Shown here piece after piece: positions 29,305-29,784 of a DNA stretch of 29,784 nucleotides. The position numbers and the translations under genes were made by a program. The notes below the pieces were generated by a model. The model searched no databases. It had not been told where the DNA came from and worked only from the letters and a program-made list of their open reading frames with translations. How positions within the stretch are numbered: the stretch's first letter is position 1; every line of letters begins with the position of its first letter. The stretch comes from Tubiluchus corallicola (Eukaryota; Animalia; Priapulida): assembly GCA_030141605.1 (NCBI GenBank), contig JAQGDQ010002459.1, forward strand, positions 1 through 29,784, given 5' to 3'.

Positions 29305-29784
29305 ACTATATTTTTTAAAGACGAAATTAATGACTATTAGATTTATATAAGACCTGAAGCAAAGTTTATACCACCATGAATTGGAGGAAGGTGAAAAAAA
29401 ACTACAACACTTTGAATGGTTAATAGATAAAAAAACTCAAAAAAGTATTGATATATGATAGGAAGATCTCTTTTAGTGAAGATGACACAACATCGCCACC
29501 GTCAACATTCCGTTCATACAAGACTAAAGAGTAAAATGAGAATTATATTTATTGGAACATCAGGATTTGCTGTTCCATCTTTGCAAAAACTGATAGATGA
29601 AAACAAAAATGTAGTAGCTGCCATTACAGCTACAGACAAACCTAAGGGTAGGGGACAAAAAGTAGCAATGAGCCCTATAAAACTGTTAGCTTTGCAGTGT
29701 AATATTCCAGTGTTGCAACCTGACAATTTAAAAAACAGTGATTTTTTGAAAAAATTAAAGTCATATAACGCTGATTTGCAAATT
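29296..29784 (+). repeat. Inverted copy of 19592-20090 (ostA 3' end plus fmt 5' end, ATG at 29536)
   Basis: Reverse-complement match with several small indels in the first about 170 bp and a clean match afterwards. The junction is at AGCAACATG. Confidence 0.95.

Noticed and set aside
1-29784. CRISPR arrays, IS elements, rRNA or defence genes
   Set aside because: No repeat-spacer periodicity, transposase-like ORF, rRNA-like sequence or recognisable defence domain was seen.

Overview
AT-rich (about 30% GC by eye, not computed) chromosomal DNA from a Bacteroidota organism, most likely Cytophagales-like. The assignment rests on gldA/F/G, DUF4340, DUF5723, DUF4175 and IPExxxVDY-type genes, the tRNA-Ser-exbB-orf-exbD-exbD cluster and TAnnTTTG promoter motifs. 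The content is mostly housekeeping and envelope genes: mlaEF, gldAFG, cmk, riboflavin synthase, a LolC/E-type permease, rbfA, rlmN, folA, fmt, an OstA/LptA-like gene, rodA and part of mrdA. Accessory genes include a BNR/sialidase-like protein, an aryl-sulfate sulfotransferase lipoprotein and an orphan poly-Asp microprotein. Both ends are rearranged copies of internal sequence joined at short microhomologies: 1-994 is a fold-back built from gldF/gldA pieces, and 29296-29784 is an inverted copy of 19592-20090. These junctions truncate cdaA and mrdA. At least eight genes carry small frameshifting indels. Together these features point to whole-genome-amplification chimeras plus incompletely polished long reads rather than biology. 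I found no convincing novel multi-gene system, CRISPR array or mobile element. The best biological leads are the acidic microprotein with a palindrome over its promoter, the gldAFG-DUF4340-mlaEF run and the sulfotransferase lipoprotein.
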